Origin: an uncultured Pelagibacteraceae bacterium
GTDB taxonomy: Bacteria; Pseudomonadota; Alphaproteobacteria; Pelagibacterales; Pelagibacteraceae
Length of the DNA stretch: 64,000 nt
Assembly: GCA_902624015.1 (NCBI GenBank)
Contig: CACNVV010000002.1
Span: 25,325 to 89,324 of the forward strand
Reading direction: 5' to 3'
In this document: one piece after another, positions 46,741 through 58,547 of the stretch
Numbering within the stretch: position 1 is the first letter of the stretch
Layout of the letters: each line of letters opens with the position of its first letter
Position numbers and translations under genes: made by a program
The notes under the pieces: model-generated
Databases searched by the model: none
What the model saw: only the letters and a program-made list of their open reading frames with translations
What the model was told of the DNA's origin: nothing

Positions 46741-47779
46741 AACAAATAATTTACCATTAGATCAATTTATAAATTTTGCTCTTTACGATAAGGATAAAGG
46801 TTTTTATATGAAAAAGAATCCTTTTGGTGAAGATGGAGATTTTATTACTTCTCCCAATATCACAAGATTATTTTCAGAGATTATTGCAATTTGGACGATT
46901 ACTTTTTGGAAAAGTTTAGGCTCTCCAAAAAAATTTAATTTGCTAGAACTGGGAGCTGGAAATGGCGAAATGATGAAAGTCATTGATGAGACACTTATAA
47001 ATTTTCCCGAATGTTACAATGCCTGCAGTTTTGTAATTCATGAAAAAAGTGATTTTTTAATAAATGAACAAAAAAAAAATTTAAATTCTAAAAAATTTTC
47101 ATGGTTAAAAGATATTGAAAAAATAAACTCTAACCCAACAATTTTTTTAGCTAATGAATTCTTTGATGCCGTACCAATCAAACAATTTTTTAAAAAAAAA
47201 GATGGTTGGTTTGAAAGATACGTGTTTATGAACGATGCAAAAAAAGCTGAATTTAAAGAAGAAAAAATAGATATAGAAAAAATTGAAAAATATCTGAATT
47301 TTGAAATATCAAAAAATCAGAACATAATAGAATATTCACCAGACACTTTTAAATATTTAAGAACAATTTGCGACCTAGTGCAAAAAAATGATGGAGGAAT
47401 GTTAATAATTGATTATGGTTATGCAGACAGCAAAATGCATGAAACCCTTCAGGCGGTAAATAACCATAAATATTCTAACATTTTAGAAAATATTGGAGAC
47501 TCTGATATTACTTACAATATAAACTTTCATTCTTTTGAGAAATTTATAAGTCAGTTTAAAGAAATTAATTCAATTTTTACAAATCAAAAAAAATTTTTAA
47601 CAAGTATGGGTATTCTTCAAAGAGCAGAAATAATCAGCAAAAATATAGCATTTTCTAAAAAAGCAGATTTATTTTATAGGGTAAGACGTTTGATAGATGA
47701 CAAGCAGATGGGTGAATTATTCAAAGTCATGCTTATAAAAAATAAGAAAAATAATTTTAGAACAGGTTTTCAAAATTGA
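46727..47779 (+). CDS. MidA/NDUFAF7 family SAM-dependent methyltransferase
   Basis: GDFITSP, ELGAGNG, ANEFFDA.P, IDYG, MG.LFK. Confidence 0.92.
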   Translation: MKLAKTNNLPLDQFINFALYDKDKGFYMKKNPFGEDGDFITSPNITRLFSEIIAIWTITFWKSLGSPKKFNLLELGAGNGEMMKVIDETLINFPECYNACSFVIHEKSDFLINEQKKNLNSKKFSWLKDIEKINSNPTIFLANEFFDAVPIKQFFKKKDGWFERYVFMNDAKKAEFKEEKIDIEKIEKYLNFEISKNQNIIEYSPDTFKYLRTICDLVQKNDGGMLIIDYGYADSKMHETLQAVNNHKYSNILENIGDSDITYNINFHSFEKFISQFKEINSIFTNQKKFLTSMGILQRAEIISKNIAFSKKADLFYRVRRLIDDKQMGELFKVMLIKNKKNNFRTGFQN

Positions 47780-48534
47780 TAAAATCAAAAAAACTCTCAA
47801 AAATTAAAAATATTAAACATGGTTTTTTTAATAAAACTGGTGGTAAATCAAAAAAAATTTATAAAAGTTTAAACTGTGGTCCTGGTTCTAAAGACAATCC
47901 GTCAGATGTTAAAAAAAATTTAAAAATAGTTATAAAAAAAATAAAAAGCACCTCTAAAAGTATTTTTTTACTTCATCAAATACATAGTAATAAATTTGTT
48001 TATATTGATGAAAAAAACACATTTAAATCAAAACCAAAAGCAGACGCAGTAATTACAAATCAAAAAAACATGCCAATTGGCGTTTTAACTGCTGATTGTG
48101 TGCCAATTTTAATCTGTGATGAAAGAACAAAATTAGTTGCAGCAATTCATGCTGGGTGGAAAGGTGCATACAAAGATATAATTAGCAAAGTAATCCAATT
48201 TATGATCAAAAAAGGATCTAATCCTAAAAATATTACTGCAGCTATTGGACCTGCTATCTCGGCTAAAAATTATGAAGTAAAAGCAGATTTTAAAAGAAAA
48301 TTTATAAAAAAGGATAAAAAAAATAATAAATTTTTTAAAATTAAGTACAAAAAGCTTTATTTTGATTTACCTAAATATGTGAAATCGTGTCTTTTAAAGA
48401 ATAAAATAAAAAATATTGAGTCTTTAAATATTGATACATTTGATATTAATAATAATTTTTTTAGTGCAAGAAGAGCGTTAAGGCTAAATCATGATGATTA
48501 TGGTAGAAATATTTCAATAATTATGCTTTATTAG
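47776..48534 (+). CDS. pgeF: Peptidoglycan editing factor PgeF (YfiH)
   Basis: HGFF, LN, QIHS, TADCVP, HAGW, FFS.RR; TTG start. Confidence 0.93.
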   Translation: MIKSKKLSKIKNIKHGFFNKTGGKSKKIYKSLNCGPGSKDNPSDVKKNLKIVIKKIKSTSKSIFLLHQIHSNKFVYIDEKNTFKSKPKADAVITNQKNMPIGVLTADCVPILICDERTKLVAAIHAGWKGAYKDIISKVIQFMIKKGSNPKNITAAIGPAISAKNYEVKADFKRKFIKKDKKNNKFFKIKYKKLYFDLPKYVKSCLLKNKIKNIESLNIDTFDINNNFFSARRALRLNHDDYGRNISIIMLY

Positions 48535-48543
48535 GCTTTTTTA

Positions 48544-49476
48544 ATGAAATTATTATCCGGAAATAGCAACAAACCATTAAGCAAGAGTATTGCTAAATAT
48601 CTAAAATCTAAATTAGTAAACTCTAGTATTAGAAATTTTTCTGATGGAGAAATCTATGTGGAAATAAATGAAAATATTAGAGGTAATAGTATTTTTTTAA
48701 TTCAATCTGTTTCATCTCCTGCAAATGATAACCTAATGGAATTACTACTATGTATTGATGCACTTAAGAGATCGTCAGCAAAAAATATTACTGCTGTTAT
48801 TCCATACTTTGGCTATGCTAGACAAGATAGAAAAGTTGCACCAAGAACCTCAATTTCTGCAAAACTTGTCTCAAATCTAATTACTAAAGCAGGAGCAGAT
48901 AGAGTTGTTACTGTTGATTTGCATGCAGGACAAATTCAAGGATTTTTTGATATTCCAGTTGATAACTTGTTCGCAACACCTATTTTTGCAAGACATGTAA
49001 AAAAAAAGATAAAAAGTAAAAATCTAATTTGTGTTGCACCAGATGTTGGTGGTACTGAGAGAGCTAGAGCACTAGGAAAGATTTTAAATGTTGGACTAGC
49101 AATTGTAGATAAAAGAAGACCAAAGCCAGGTCAATCTCAAGTAATGAATATTATTGGAGATGTTAAAGGAAAAACTTGTATTCTTGTTGACGATATAATC
49201 GATTCAGGTGGTACAATTGTAAACGCAGCTAAGGCTCTTAAAGATCGAGGGGCTAAAGAAGTTTATGTTTACATTACTCACGGTGTACTTAGTGGAGAAG
49301 CTGTAAATAAAATTAAAAAATCAGTAATTAAAAATTTAGTAATAACTGATACAATTGATAACATGAACAGAGTTAAAGGTGCTAAAAACATTGAAGTTCT
49401 GTCAATTTCAGGGCTTATGGGAGAAGCAATTAAAAGAATATCTAATTCAACCTCAGTATCAGATTTATTCAAATAA
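48544..49476 (+). CDS. prs: Ribose-phosphate pyrophosphokinase
   Basis: [35 protein letters not shown]. Confidence 0.98.
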   Translation: MKLLSGNSNKPLSKSIAKYLKSKLVNSSIRNFSDGEIYVEINENIRGNSIFLIQSVSSPANDNLMELLLCIDALKRSSAKNITAVIPYFGYARQDRKVAPRTSISAKLVSNLITKAGADRVVTVDLHAGQIQGFFDIPVDNLFATPIFARHVKKKIKSKNLICVAPDVGGTERARALGKILNVGLAIVDKRRPKPGQSQVMNIIGDVKGKTCILVDDIIDSGGTIVNAAKALKDRGAKEVYVYITHGVLSGEAVNKIKKSVIKNLVITDTIDNMNRVKGAKNIEVLSISGLMGEAIKRISNSTSVSDLFK

Positions 49477-49521
49477 ATACCTTGAGTTATTAAGTAACTT
49501 GAGCTAAAAACCCTTGTTTTT

Positions 49522-50235
49522 ATGAATTCATTAAACGCCAACATCAGAAATACCAAAACTAAAGGTGAATTAAATTCATTAAGAGATAATGGTAATGTGC
49601 CTGCTATAATTTATGGTGGTGAGGCTCAAAACGAGAAAATTTCAATATCTAAAAAGATACTCAAGTCACTAATTGAAAAAGAAAACTTTTTATCAAGCAT
49701 AATAACTTTAAATGTTGATGGTAAACCTCAAAAAGTTCTACCAAGAGAAATAAAATATGACATTATTTCAGATGAACCAATTCATGTAGACTTTCTAAGA
49801 ATAGTTTCAGGCATAAAAGTTAGAATTGAAGTTCCGGTAAAATTTTTAAATCATGAAAAATCTCCTGGTTTGAAAAGAGGTGGAGTTTTAAACATTGTAC
49901 GAAGAAAAGTTGAGCTAAAATGTCCAAGCGAAAAAATTCCTGAAAATCTTGTGATAGATCTTGATGGAGTTGATATTGGAGAGAGTTTTAAGATCTCTTC
50001 TATAAATCTTGACAGTGACGTTACTCCTACAATTCAAGGAAGAGATTTCGTAATTGCAACTCTAGCAGCTCCGACTGTTATGAAGGAACCTGAAAAACCT
50101 GCAGAAGCTGAGGCGGCTGAGGGAGAAGGTGCTGAAGGAGCAGAAGCGGCAGCAGCTGAAGGTGGAGATAAGCCAGCAGCTGAAGGTGATAAAAAAGAAG
50201 GTGAAGAAAAAAAACCTGCTGAAGAAAAAAAATAA
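49522..50235 (+). CDS. rplY: 50S ribosomal protein bL25/Ctc
   Basis: VPAIIYG, HVDF, PGLKRGGVL; Glu/Ala/Lys low-complexity tail. Confidence 0.96.
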   Translation: MNSLNANIRNTKTKGELNSLRDNGNVPAIIYGGEAQNEKISISKKILKSLIEKENFLSSIITLNVDGKPQKVLPREIKYDIISDEPIHVDFLRIVSGIKVRIEVPVKFLNHEKSPGLKRGGVLNIVRRKVELKCPSEKIPENLVIDLDGVDIGESFKISSINLDSDVTPTIQGRDFVIATLAAPTVMKEPEKPAEAEAAEGEGAEGAEAAAAEGGDKPAAEGDKKEGEEKKPAEEKK

Positions 50236-50276
50236 GTTAATTAAAATTGAATTTTATCCTCCAATATTAATATTTT

Positions 50277-50837
50277 ATGCTTTTACTTGTAGGATTAGGC
50301 AATCCAACCCCAGACAGTGAAAATAATAGGCACAATATTGGTTTCAAAATTATAGATGCAATAAACAAAAAATTTGGACTTTCAAAACAAAAACCAAAAT
50401 TTAAAGGACTTCTTACAACTGGTAATGTAGGAGAACAAAAAGTTTATGCGATTAAACCTTTAACATTTATGAATAATTCTGGAATTTGTATTAGAGAATT
50501 AATTGAATATTTCAAAATAGATGCTGAGGATGTTATCGTTTTTCATGACGATCTAGATGTAGAATTTGGAAAAATAAAAGCAAAATTTGGTGGCTCTGAT
50601 GCAGGACATAACGGAATTGCATCAATAGATAAATTTATTGGTAAAGATTATTCAAGAGTGCGAATAGGAATTGGTAAACCAAAAGATAAAATGGAAGTTA
50701 GTGATTTTGTTCTTCAAAATTTTGATGAGGATGAAATGCTTGGATTGGAAAAAATTACAAATAACATCACAGATTCTATTTCAATACTCATAGACAAAAA
50801 ATTAGATTTATTCTCTAGCACAGTAAATAATAAATAA
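50277..50837 (+). CDS. pth: Peptidyl-tRNA hydrolase
   Basis: GLGNP, NRHNIGF, KPLTFMN.SG, HDDLD, GHNG. Confidence 0.97.
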   Translation: MLLLVGLGNPTPDSENNRHNIGFKIIDAINKKFGLSKQKPKFKGLLTTGNVGEQKVYAIKPLTFMNNSGICIRELIEYFKIDAEDVIVFHDDLDVEFGKIKAKFGGSDAGHNGIASIDKFIGKDYSRVRIGIGKPKDKMEVSDFVLQNFDEDEMLGLEKITNNITDSISILIDKKLDLFSSTVNNK

Positions 50838-51910
50838 TGAGTTTTAAATGTGGAATTGTTGGTTTACCTAATGTGGGTAAATCTACACTCTTCAACGCTC
50901 TTACAAACTCAAGCAAAGCCCAAGCTGCAAATTTTCCATTTTGTACAATAGATCCCAATGTGGGAGTAGTCCCCGTTCCAGATGAAAGATTGAACAAATT
51001 ATCAGAAGTTTCAAAATCAAAAAAAACAATAAATACAACTATTTCATTTGTGGATATAGCTGGTCTTGTGAAAGGTGCATCTAAAGGTGAAGGATTAGGC
51101 AATAAATTTCTGTCCCATATAAGAGAAGTTGATGCAGTTATTCATATGATTAGATGCTTTGACTCAGACGATATTCAAAATGTTAATCCGAACGTTGACC
51201 CAATAAGAGATCTTGAGATCATTGAAACTGAAATGATGTTGGCTGACCTAGAGTCTATACAAAAAAGACTTGAAAAAAATAATAAGAAAAACGTTGATGA
51301 AGATCAGCTTAAGATTTTAGAGATTGCATTAGACTGCATTAATAATAATAAAGATATATCAATATTAAATTCTCAATTTGACACAAAACAACTTAATCAA
51401 AGTGGTCTTTTATCAATAAAACCAAAGATTTTTGTTTGCAATGTAGATGAGCAAAGCGTACAGGATGGAAATAAATATACTAAAAACTTTATCGAAAAAT
51501 TTGGAAAAGATAACACTCTGATTGTTTCCGCAGACATAGAAAACCAAATAAATGAATTAGCAGAAAATGAAAAAAAAAATTATATGGATATGATTGGTTT
51601 AAAAGACACAGGTCTGAGTATGTTAATTCAAAAGGGCTATAAAATATTAGAACTTGATACGTATTTTACTTCTGGACCTGAAGAAACAAGAGCTTGGACT
51701 ATACAAAAAAACTGTACTGCACCTAAGGCTGCGGGTGAAATTCATACAGATTTTGAAAAAGGTTTCATTAGAGCTGAAACTATATCTTATGAGGATTTTG
51801 TAGCCAATAATGGATGGGTAAATTCTAAAGCTAACGGAAAAATGAGATTAGAGGGTAAAGACTATATTGTTAAAGATGGAGACGTACTAAACTTCAGATT
51901 CAACACGTGA
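50837..51910 (+). CDS. ychF: Ribosome-binding ATPase YchF
   Basis: GLPNVGKST, NFPFCTIDPN, DIAGLV, TGS domain. Confidence 0.98.
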   Translation: MSFKCGIVGLPNVGKSTLFNALTNSSKAQAANFPFCTIDPNVGVVPVPDERLNKLSEVSKSKKTINTTISFVDIAGLVKGASKGEGLGNKFLSHIREVDAVIHMIRCFDSDDIQNVNPNVDPIRDLEIIETEMMLADLESIQKRLEKNNKKNVDEDQLKILEIALDCINNNKDISILNSQFDTKQLNQSGLLSIKPKIFVCNVDEQSVQDGNKYTKNFIEKFGKDNTLIVSADIENQINELAENEKKNYMDMIGLKDTGLSMLIQKGYKILELDTYFTSGPEETRAWTIQKNCTAPKAAGEIHTDFEKGFIRAETISYEDFVANNGWVNSKANGKMRLEGKDYIVKDGDVLNFRFNT

Positions 51911-52666
51911 CCAGATTCTTTTCATACTAAAATAAACTAAAACAGTTAAAATAATTAAATAAACAATCGCTTTAAAGCCCATCTGATGTCGAGATTCTAA
52001 ATGAGGTTCAGCTGACCACATTAAGAAGGTCGTTACATCTTTTGACATCTGTTCTACTGTTGCATTTGTTCCGTCACCATACTCAACTAATCCATCTGAT
52101 AATGGAGCAGCCATTCTAATTTTATTACCATACATATATTTGTTGTAATAAACTCCGTCATCTAAAGATACGTTGCTAGGAGCTTCTTCATATCCTTGTA
52201 ATAAAGAATATATGTAATCAACTCCACCACCTCGAGCTTTAACCAAAACAGACATGTCTGGAGGGTATGCACCACCATTTGCCGCTTGGGCAGCTTTTAC
52301 ATTGTCATACGGCATTACAAATTTATCAGATAATTTACCTGGTCTTGTAAACATTTCACCATCTGAATTTGGACCATCAGTTACTTCAAATGAAGCTGCT
52401 ATAGCTTTAGCTTGAGCTTCAGAGAATTCTGGACCTCCTGGCTCTGCTAAATTTCTATAACTTAAATACTTCATCGAATGACATGAGGCACATACTTCAG
52501 TATAAACTTGATAACCTCTTTGAAGAGAAGCTCTATCAAATTTTCCAAATAGACCCTTAAAACTCCAGTCAGTTTTTAGATATTCTACTTTTTCAGCAGC
52601 AAAAGAATTTGAATTTGAAGTAATAATTAAGATTATTATAGAAAATAATTTAAATAAATTTTTCAC
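51887..52666 (-). CDS. petC: Cytochrome c1
   Basis: CASCH heme motif, PPDMS, C-terminal TM; GTG start. Confidence 0.97.
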   Translation of the reverse strand: MKNLFKLFSIIILIITSNSNSFAAEKVEYLKTDWSFKGLFGKFDRASLQRGYQVYTEVCASCHSMKYLSYRNLAEPGGPEFSEAQAKAIAASFEVTDGPNSDGEMFTRPGKLSDKFVMPYDNVKAAQAANGGAYPPDMSVLVKARGGGVDYIYSLLQGYEEAPSNVSLDDGVYYNKYMYGNKIRMAAPLSDGLVEYGDGTNATVEQMSKDVTTFLMWSAEPHLESRHQMGFKAIVYLIILTVLVYFSMKRIWSRVESEV

Positions 52667-52667
52667 C

Positions 52668-53930
52668 TTATTCTATTTTACTTTCTTTATTTCTGGCGGC
52701 AGCTAGATTTGGTGAACCACCTAGAACAGGTTCGGTAATACTTAGAGGCACTGGTAAAGTTTTTTCTTTAAAGCCTAGAACAGGAAGAATAACTAAAAAA
52801 TGCAAAAAGTAATACGCTGTTGCAACTCGTGCTATCAATAAGTAAAGTCCCTCAGCTGGCATCGCACCCACATAACCAAGTATCAAAACATCAGCAACTA
52901 GTATCCAGTAAAATTGTTTATATAAAGGTCTGAATACCGCAGATCTTATTTTTGACGTATCTAACCAAGGTAAAACCGCTAAGATCAATATTGCAGATAA
53001 CATAGCTACAACTCCTAGCAATTTATCAGGAACTGATCTTAATATTGCATAAAAAGGTAAGAGATACCATTCAGGAACAATGTGTGCGGGTGTTACCATT
53101 GGGTTTGCCTCGATATAATTATCTGCGTGACCTAAAATATTTGGTGCGTAGAATACAAAGAAAGCAAACACAATCATGAACATTAATAAAGCAAAACCAT
53201 CTTTAATTACTATGTAAGGATGGAAAGGTACAGTATCTTTAGAAGGTTTTTTTATATCTATTCCAACTGGATTATTGTTACCAGGAACATGTAAAGCCCA
53301 TATGTGTAAAACAACTAATCCTAAAATTAAAAATGGAATTAAATAATGCAAAGTAAAAAATCTAGTTAACGTAGGGTTGTCGACTGAATAACCTCCCCAC
53401 AACCAAGTGACGATACCCTCTCCAACTAATGGAATAGCACTAAATAAATTTGTGATTACAGTTGCTCCCCAGAAGCTCATTTGTCCCCAAGGCAATACAT
53501 AGCCCATAAATGCAGCCGCCATCATTAGCAAATAAATAATTATTCCAATTATCCAAATTATTTCTCTTGGTGCTTTGTAAGAACCATAAAATAATGACCT
53601 GAAGATATGAATGTAGACTGCTAAGAAAAACATAGATGCACCATTTGCATGAATGTATCTAATTAACCAACCATAGTTAACATCACGCATGATGTGCTCA
53701 ACACTTTCAAAAGCCATATCTGCGTGAGCAATGTAATGCATTGCAAGAGTTAATCCGGTAACAATTTGAGTGATTAAGCAAAAAGTTAAAATTCCACCAA
53801 ATGTCCACCAATAATTTAAATTTTTAGGAGTTGGATAATCTGTTAAATGATTTGCAAGAGTTAATAGTGGCAATCGATCATTAAACCATTGTCCTACCTT
53901 CGATTTTGGTCTGTAATCGTGGTCACTCAT
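52668..53930 (-). CDS. petB: Cytochrome b
   Basis: [22 protein letters not shown]. Confidence 0.99.
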   Translation of the reverse strand: MSDHDYRPKSKVGQWFNDRLPLLTLANHLTDYPTPKNLNYWWTFGGILTFCLITQIVTGLTLAMHYIAHADMAFESVEHIMRDVNYGWLIRYIHANGASMFFLAVYIHIFRSLFYGSYKAPREIIWIIGIIIYLLMMAAAFMGYVLPWGQMSFWGATVITNLFSAIPLVGEGIVTWLWGGYSVDNPTLTRFFTLHYLIPFLILGLVVLHIWALHVPGNNNPVGIDIKKPSKDTVPFHPYIVIKDGFALLMFMIVFAFFVFYAPNILGHADNYIEANPMVTPAHIVPEWYLLPFYAILRSVPDKLLGVVAMLSAILILAVLPWLDTSKIRSAVFRPLYKQFYWILVADVLILGYVGAMPAEGLYLLIARVATAYYFLHFLVILPVLGFKEKTLPVPLSITEPVLGGSPNLAAARNKESKIE

Positions 53931-53935
53931 TTTCT

Positions 53936-54445
53936 TTATCCAATTTTAATTGTGTTTGCATCAACGAATTCATATTTTGGCACTTCCATATTCCAAGGTG
54001 CTGGTCCTTTTCTTATTCTTCCAGATGTATCATAATGAGATCCATGACATGGACAGAACCAGCCATTATAATCACCTTTGTCATTTAGAGGTACACATCC
54101 AAGGTGTGTACATACACCTAACATGACAAGCCACTCAGGGTTTTTTGCTCTATCTTCATCTTTTTCTGGATGAATTAAATCTTCCATCTTAACTTTTCTT
54201 GCCTCATCAATTTCTTCTTGGGTTCTTCTTCTTATAAATACTGGTTTACCTCTCCATAAAACAGTCAATGTATTTCCAGGTGTTAATGAACTTACATCGA
54301 CCTCTGTACTAGCTAATGCTTTAACAGAAGCATCTGGATTCATTTGATCTATCATTGGCCACACTACTGCAGCTGCGCCAACAGCTCCTACAGCTGTGGT
54401 AGCTGTAAATAAAAAATCTCTTCTTTTTGTTTTTTTTTCAGACAC
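53936..54445 (-). CDS. petA: Rieske Fe-S protein
   Basis: Tat motif RRDFL, CTHLGC, CPCHGS; GTG start. Confidence 0.98.
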   Translation of the reverse strand: MSEKKTKRRDFLFTATTAVGAVGAAAVVWPMIDQMNPDASVKALASTEVDVSSLTPGNTLTVLWRGKPVFIRRRTQEEIDEARKVKMEDLIHPEKDEDRAKNPEWLVMLGVCTHLGCVPLNDKGDYNGWFCPCHGSHYDTSGRIRKGPAPWNMEVPKYEFVDANTIKIG

Positions 54446-54537
54446 TTTTAGTAGCTTTTATTATTATCTCTTTTTGATTTAAAATAGTTAATATACGAAT
54501 TCATATAATATAAAATAATTATTTTACTACTGAAAGA

Positions 54538-55011
54538 ATGACACAGAATTCAACAATTTTAGGACCCAAAATAGCTTTGTATGAGCCTGATATACCTCAG
54601 AATACTGCTGCAATCATAAGAACCTGTGCTTGTTTGGGTGCTAAATTAGAAATAATTGAACCATGTGGCTTTCTATTATCAGACAAACGTTTTAAAAGAG
54701 TGGTTATGGACTATATGGACTATAGTCAAATAGAGTTTTATCAAAGTTCGGAAAAATTTTTTGAGGCAAAGAAAAAACAGAGAATCGTATTGATGACAAC
54801 AAAGGGTTCAATAAATTATACTAAATTTAAATTTAAGCCTGATGATACTATTTTGTTTGGAAGAGAAAGTGCTGGGGTACCCGAAAAGGTTCATAAAATT
54901 ATTAAAAATCGTTTAAAAATACCAATGAATAATCAAGTAAGATCTCTTAATATTTCATCGTCTGTTGCCATTGTTTTGGCAGAAAGTTTGCGTCAAATTG
55001 AATTAATATAA
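54538..55011 (+). CDS. trmL: tRNA (cytidine/uridine34-2'-O)-methyltransferase
   Basis: P.IPQNT, FG.ES.G, IPM..RSLN SPOUT motifs. Confidence 0.93.
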   Translation: MTQNSTILGPKIALYEPDIPQNTAAIIRTCACLGAKLEIIEPCGFLLSDKRFKRVVMDYMDYSQIEFYQSSEKFFEAKKKQRIVLMTTKGSINYTKFKFKPDDTILFGRESAGVPEKVHKIIKNRLKIPMNNQVRSLNISSSVAIVLAESLRQIELI

Positions 55012-55012
55012 A

Positions 55013-55840
55013 ATGGATATTTCAATTAAAAAAGACTTAGCGAGTAATTGGTTTAAGCTACTACAAAATGCAATATGTGACGACATTTTAAAAATTGAAA
55101 AAAACAAAATAAATTTTCAAACAACTTCTTGGAATAGAAGCAGTAAAAAAGATGAGGGTGGTGGTGAATATAGAATTCTTAAAAATGGAAAAATTTTTGA
55201 AAAAGTAGGAGTAAATTTTTCAAAAGTTTATGGAAAATTTCCTAAGCAATTTCAAAAAAATATACCTGGCGCTAGTAAAGATCCTAGATTTTGGGCATCA
55301 GGAATATCAATTGTTATGCACATGCAAAATCCCCATATTCCTGCAATGCATTTTAATACCCGATTTATTTGTACAACAAAGAATTGGTTTGGTGGAGGTA
55401 TGGATGTAACCCCAGCAATAAAAGATGAAAAAGAGAAGAAAAACTTTCATAAAATATTAAAGGCAATGTGCGATAGACATAATAAAAATTATTATAAAAA
55501 ATATAAAAAGTGGTGTGATGAATATTTTTATCTACCTCACAGAAAAGAAGCCAGAGGTATAGGTGGAATATTTTTTGACTATAAAAATGATAATTTTGAA
55601 AATGACTTTAAATTTGTCAGAGATGTTGGTGTTACATTTCAAATGCTATTTAATCAAATAATTAAAAAAAAATTAAAAAGAAAATGGACTTTAAAAGATA
55701 AAGAGTTTCAGTATATTAAAAGAGGTCGATACGCAGAATTTAATTTGCTCTACGATAGAGGAACAAAATTTGGGCTACAAACTGGTGGTAATGTTGAAGG
55801 AATTTTGATGTCATTACCTCCGGTTGCAAAATGGAAATAA
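55013..55840 (+). CDS. hemF: Oxygen-dependent coproporphyrinogen III oxidase
   Basis: FEKVGVN, HMQNP..P..HFN.R, WFGGG.D, RGRY.EFNL.YDRGT.FG. Confidence 0.97.
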   Translation: MDISIKKDLASNWFKLLQNAICDDILKIEKNKINFQTTSWNRSSKKDEGGGEYRILKNGKIFEKVGVNFSKVYGKFPKQFQKNIPGASKDPRFWASGISIVMHMQNPHIPAMHFNTRFICTTKNWFGGGMDVTPAIKDEKEKKNFHKILKAMCDRHNKNYYKKYKKWCDEYFYLPHRKEARGIGGIFFDYKNDNFENDFKFVRDVGVTFQMLFNQIIKKKLKRKWTLKDKEFQYIKRGRYAEFNLLYDRGTKFGLQTGGNVEGILMSLPPVAKWK

Positions 55841-55843
55841 AAA

Positions 55844-56320
55844 ATGGATAAAGAGCCAATAACATTAAACGGATTAAATAAGCTAAAAGAAGAATTAGTT
55901 TTTTTAAAAGAAAAAAAAAGACCTGAGATAGTAGCTGCAATTGCTGAAGCGAGATCCCATGGAGACCTTAAAGAAAATGCTGAATATCATGCAGCTAAAG
56001 AAGAACAATCGCATAACGAAGGAAGAATTACAGAAATTAACGATATTATTGCAAGAGCAAATATTATTGACGTTACAAAACTAAACAATGAAGGAAAAGT
56101 AATTTTTGGATCTACAGTTTATTTAGAAGATTTAGATACTGGTGAAAAAATTAATTATAAAATTGTTGGAAGAGATGAAGCAGATTTAAAACAAAAACTA
56201 ATTTTCTTTCAATCACCAATTGGCAAAGGTTTGATTGGAAAAAATAAAAGTGATTTAGTTGAAATAAATACACCCTCTGGTGTAAAAAATTTTGAAATTA
56301 AAGACGTTAAATATATTTAA
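55844..56320 (+). CDS. greA: Transcription elongation factor GreA
   Basis: [24 protein letters not shown]. Confidence 0.97.
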   Translation: MDKEPITLNGLNKLKEELVFLKEKKRPEIVAAIAEARSHGDLKENAEYHAAKEEQSHNEGRITEINDIIARANIIDVTKLNNEGKVIFGSTVYLEDLDTGEKINYKIVGRDEADLKQKLIFFQSPIGKGLIGKNKSDLVEINTPSGVKNFEIKDVKYI

Positions 56321-57591
56321 CTTTTAACTATTTGTTGAACCTGCTTATCTGAAATTTGAAATCCGTTTTGAACCCAAGTTTCTTCTATCCTTTTTAATTT
56401 ATTACCTAAAGTTTTGCCCTCAGGAATTTGAAATTTAGACATTAATAGATCGGCTCCTATTGGTAAAGTTGGAATTACTTTCTCTTTATAAGTATCTAAT
56501 AGTTTGATTAGTTTTTTCTCTACTTTGTTTGAGATAAATATTTTAAAATTAATTATATCCAATACAGCCTGTCGCCCATTAAAATAAAAAAATTTATTCA
56601 AGTTTTTCTCTGTAAAGTTGTTTAAAGTTACTTTTTCTCTATAAAAAAGATCTATTAATTTTAATCTTTTCTTATCTTTGTTAGATATTTTAAATTTATA
56701 AAGAAAATAATCAGCATTATCAGTCCCATCAATCACTAAAAGCGCAATTAAGAATATAAAGTCAATTTTTAAAAAATTCTCTGCAGCATAAGAATTTTGT
56801 TTTTTAAAATTTTTAATATTCTTTAATTGAGGGAAAATTATTTCTATGAGTTCTAAACTTTCTTTATCTTTGAAAAGTTTTAAAAATCCATTTGAATTAG
56901 TTATTTTTTTTAGCTCATCGATTAACCTTTCAGATGATATATTTGAAATTCCATCAATATTTTTTTTTATATTTTTTATTATTTCTGGCTGGTGCTCATG
57001 ATTTGAGTAGTTTAAATAAAATCTTAAATACCTTAAAATACGCAAATAATCCTCTTGAATTCTTTTTTCCGCATTGCCAATAAAATTAATATAACCATTC
57101 TCCAAATCTTTTTTACCGTTAAATGGATCAAATAAATTACCATCACCATCTGCATAAATTGAATTGATAGTAAAATCCCTTCTAGAGGCATCTTCCTTCC
57201 AATCTAAAGAGAATTCTACTTCAGCATGCCTTCCATCAGTTGAGACGTCTTTCCTTAAAGAAGTAATTTCATATTTATATTCACCAATTATTGCTGTTAT
57301 AGTTCCGTGTTCAATTCCCGTTTCGTAATAACTTATTTGTTTGTTTTTAAGAGCCTCACAAACTTCCAGGGGAGTTAAATTTGTAGCTAGGTCAATATCA
57401 TCAACATTTTCTTTTTTTATCACTTTTCTTACACACCCACCCACATATCTGATTTCACTTTTCTCTGAAAAATTATTAATTGCTTCAAAAATTTTATTTG
57501 CGGGTGTTGTTAAAGTAATTTGTTTTAAATTTTGACTGATATAATCAAGATTTTTTGATCGGGAAAAAAATTTATCTAAAAAATTTTTCAT
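56317..57591 (-). CDS. cca: CCA tRNA nucleotidyltransferase (class II)
   Basis: [28 protein letters not shown]. Poly(A) polymerase is not strictly excluded. Confidence 0.85.
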   Translation of the reverse strand: MKNFLDKFFSRSKNLDYISQNLKQITLTTPANKIFEAINNFSEKSEIRYVGGCVRKVIKKENVDDIDLATNLTPLEVCEALKNKQISYYETGIEHGTITAIIGEYKYEITSLRKDVSTDGRHAEVEFSLDWKEDASRRDFTINSIYADGDGNLFDPFNGKKDLENGYINFIGNAEKRIQEDYLRILRYLRFYLNYSNHEHQPEIIKNIKKNIDGISNISSERLIDELKKITNSNGFLKLFKDKESLELIEIIFPQLKNIKNFKKQNSYAAENFLKIDFIFLIALLVIDGTDNADYFLYKFKISNKDKKRLKLIDLFYREKVTLNNFTEKNLNKFFYFNGRQAVLDIINFKIFISNKVEKKLIKLLDTYKEKVIPTLPIGADLLMSKFQIPEGKTLGNKLKRIEETWVQNGFQISDKQVQQIVKS

Positions 57592-57594
57592 AAA

Positions 57595-57668
57595 TGGCTG
57601 GGGCGCTAGGATTCGAACCTAGGATGCAGGTACCAAAAACCCGTGCCTTACCGCTTGGCTACGCCCCA
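57595..57668 (-). tRNA. tRNA-Gln(UUG)
   Basis: TGGGGCGTAGCCAAGCGGTAAGGC...TTTTGGT...GGTTCGAATCC...CGCCCCAGCCA. Confidence 0.96.
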
Positions 57669-57701
57669 ATATTAGCTTCCTATAACATAAAAATATAAAA
57701 T

Positions 57702-58547
57702 TCATATAGTTTTTGCTGTAACACACCAATAATTTTTATATTTTCTTTTAAATTTGGCTTTTGCCAATTTACAACTCTTTAATGAATTATAATAGGCAAC
57801 AATTGTTGATCCTGAACCAGTCATTCTTACAAACAATGGATTATTTATACTTTCTAAGAACAACTTTATTTTTTTAAGTTTTGGATATTTTTTGAGTGCT
57901 ATTGTTTCAAGGGCATTTTGTTGATCAATCAAATATTTTACTCCAAACATGTTTTTTTTAGGTTTGTTATATTTTGATTTTGTATACTTTCGAACAGCTG
58001 AGTATATTTTTTTAGTTGAGCACCCAAAATCAGGTTTTACTAAAGTAGAATAATATTTTGGAGTATTATAAATCTTTTTTATTCTACCACTTGATGACAA
58101 CACACAGCTGGATGAAATGGTTCCCAGAATAACATCAGAACCAACCCAGTCACAGATACTTCGAGTTTTTTGATGATTAGGATTAATAATTTTTTTTTTA
58201 ACCAGATAATTAAACACACTAGCTGCGTTCATCGATCCCCCACCCAATCCAGCTTCTTGAGGGATTAATTTTTTAATTTTAACTTTGAATTTTTTATTTT
58301 TTAATAAATTTTCTTTATCTAGTATCTGAAATAATCTTTGAACAGTATTTTTTTTTCCAATATTTTTAGAAAACTTTCCATAAAAAGAAATGTGGTGTTT
58401 TTTTCCATTATGTTGATTTATCGAAATAACATCATGTAAATCTATGAAACCAATTATACTTTCAATTTTATGTAAAACCTTTTTTTTTCCAGTGATATTT
58501 AGTGCTAAATTTAACTTTGCGTTAGATTTAATTTTATTAATTTTCAT
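57702..58547 (-). CDS. ispE: 4-diphosphocytidyl-2-C-methyl-D-erythritol kinase
   Basis: AKLNL.L, IP..AGLGGGS.NAA, GSDV, MTGSGST. Confidence 0.95.
   Translation of the reverse strand: MKINKIKSNAKLNLALNITGKKKVLHKIESIIGFIDLHDVISINQHNGKKHHISFYGKFSKNIGKKNTVQRLFQILDKENLLKNKKFKVKIKKLIPQEAGLGGGSMNAASVFNYLVKKKIINPNHQKTRSICDWVGSDVILGTISSSCVLSSSGRIKKIYNTPKYYSTLVKPDFGCSTKKIYSAVRKYTKSKYNKPKKNMFGVKYLIDQQNALETIALKKYPKLKKIKLFLESINNPLFVRMTGSGSTIVAYYNSLKSCKLAKAKFKRKYKNYWCVTAKTI

Noticed and set aside
50086-50235. Repetitive GCTGAAGG-rich stretch
   Set aside because: Encodes the ordinary low-complexity Glu/Ala/Lys tail of bL25/Ctc; not a repeat element or CRISPR
55844-56320. greA separated from carB, its frequent neighbour
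   Set aside because: Simple local rearrangement with no functional signal I can support
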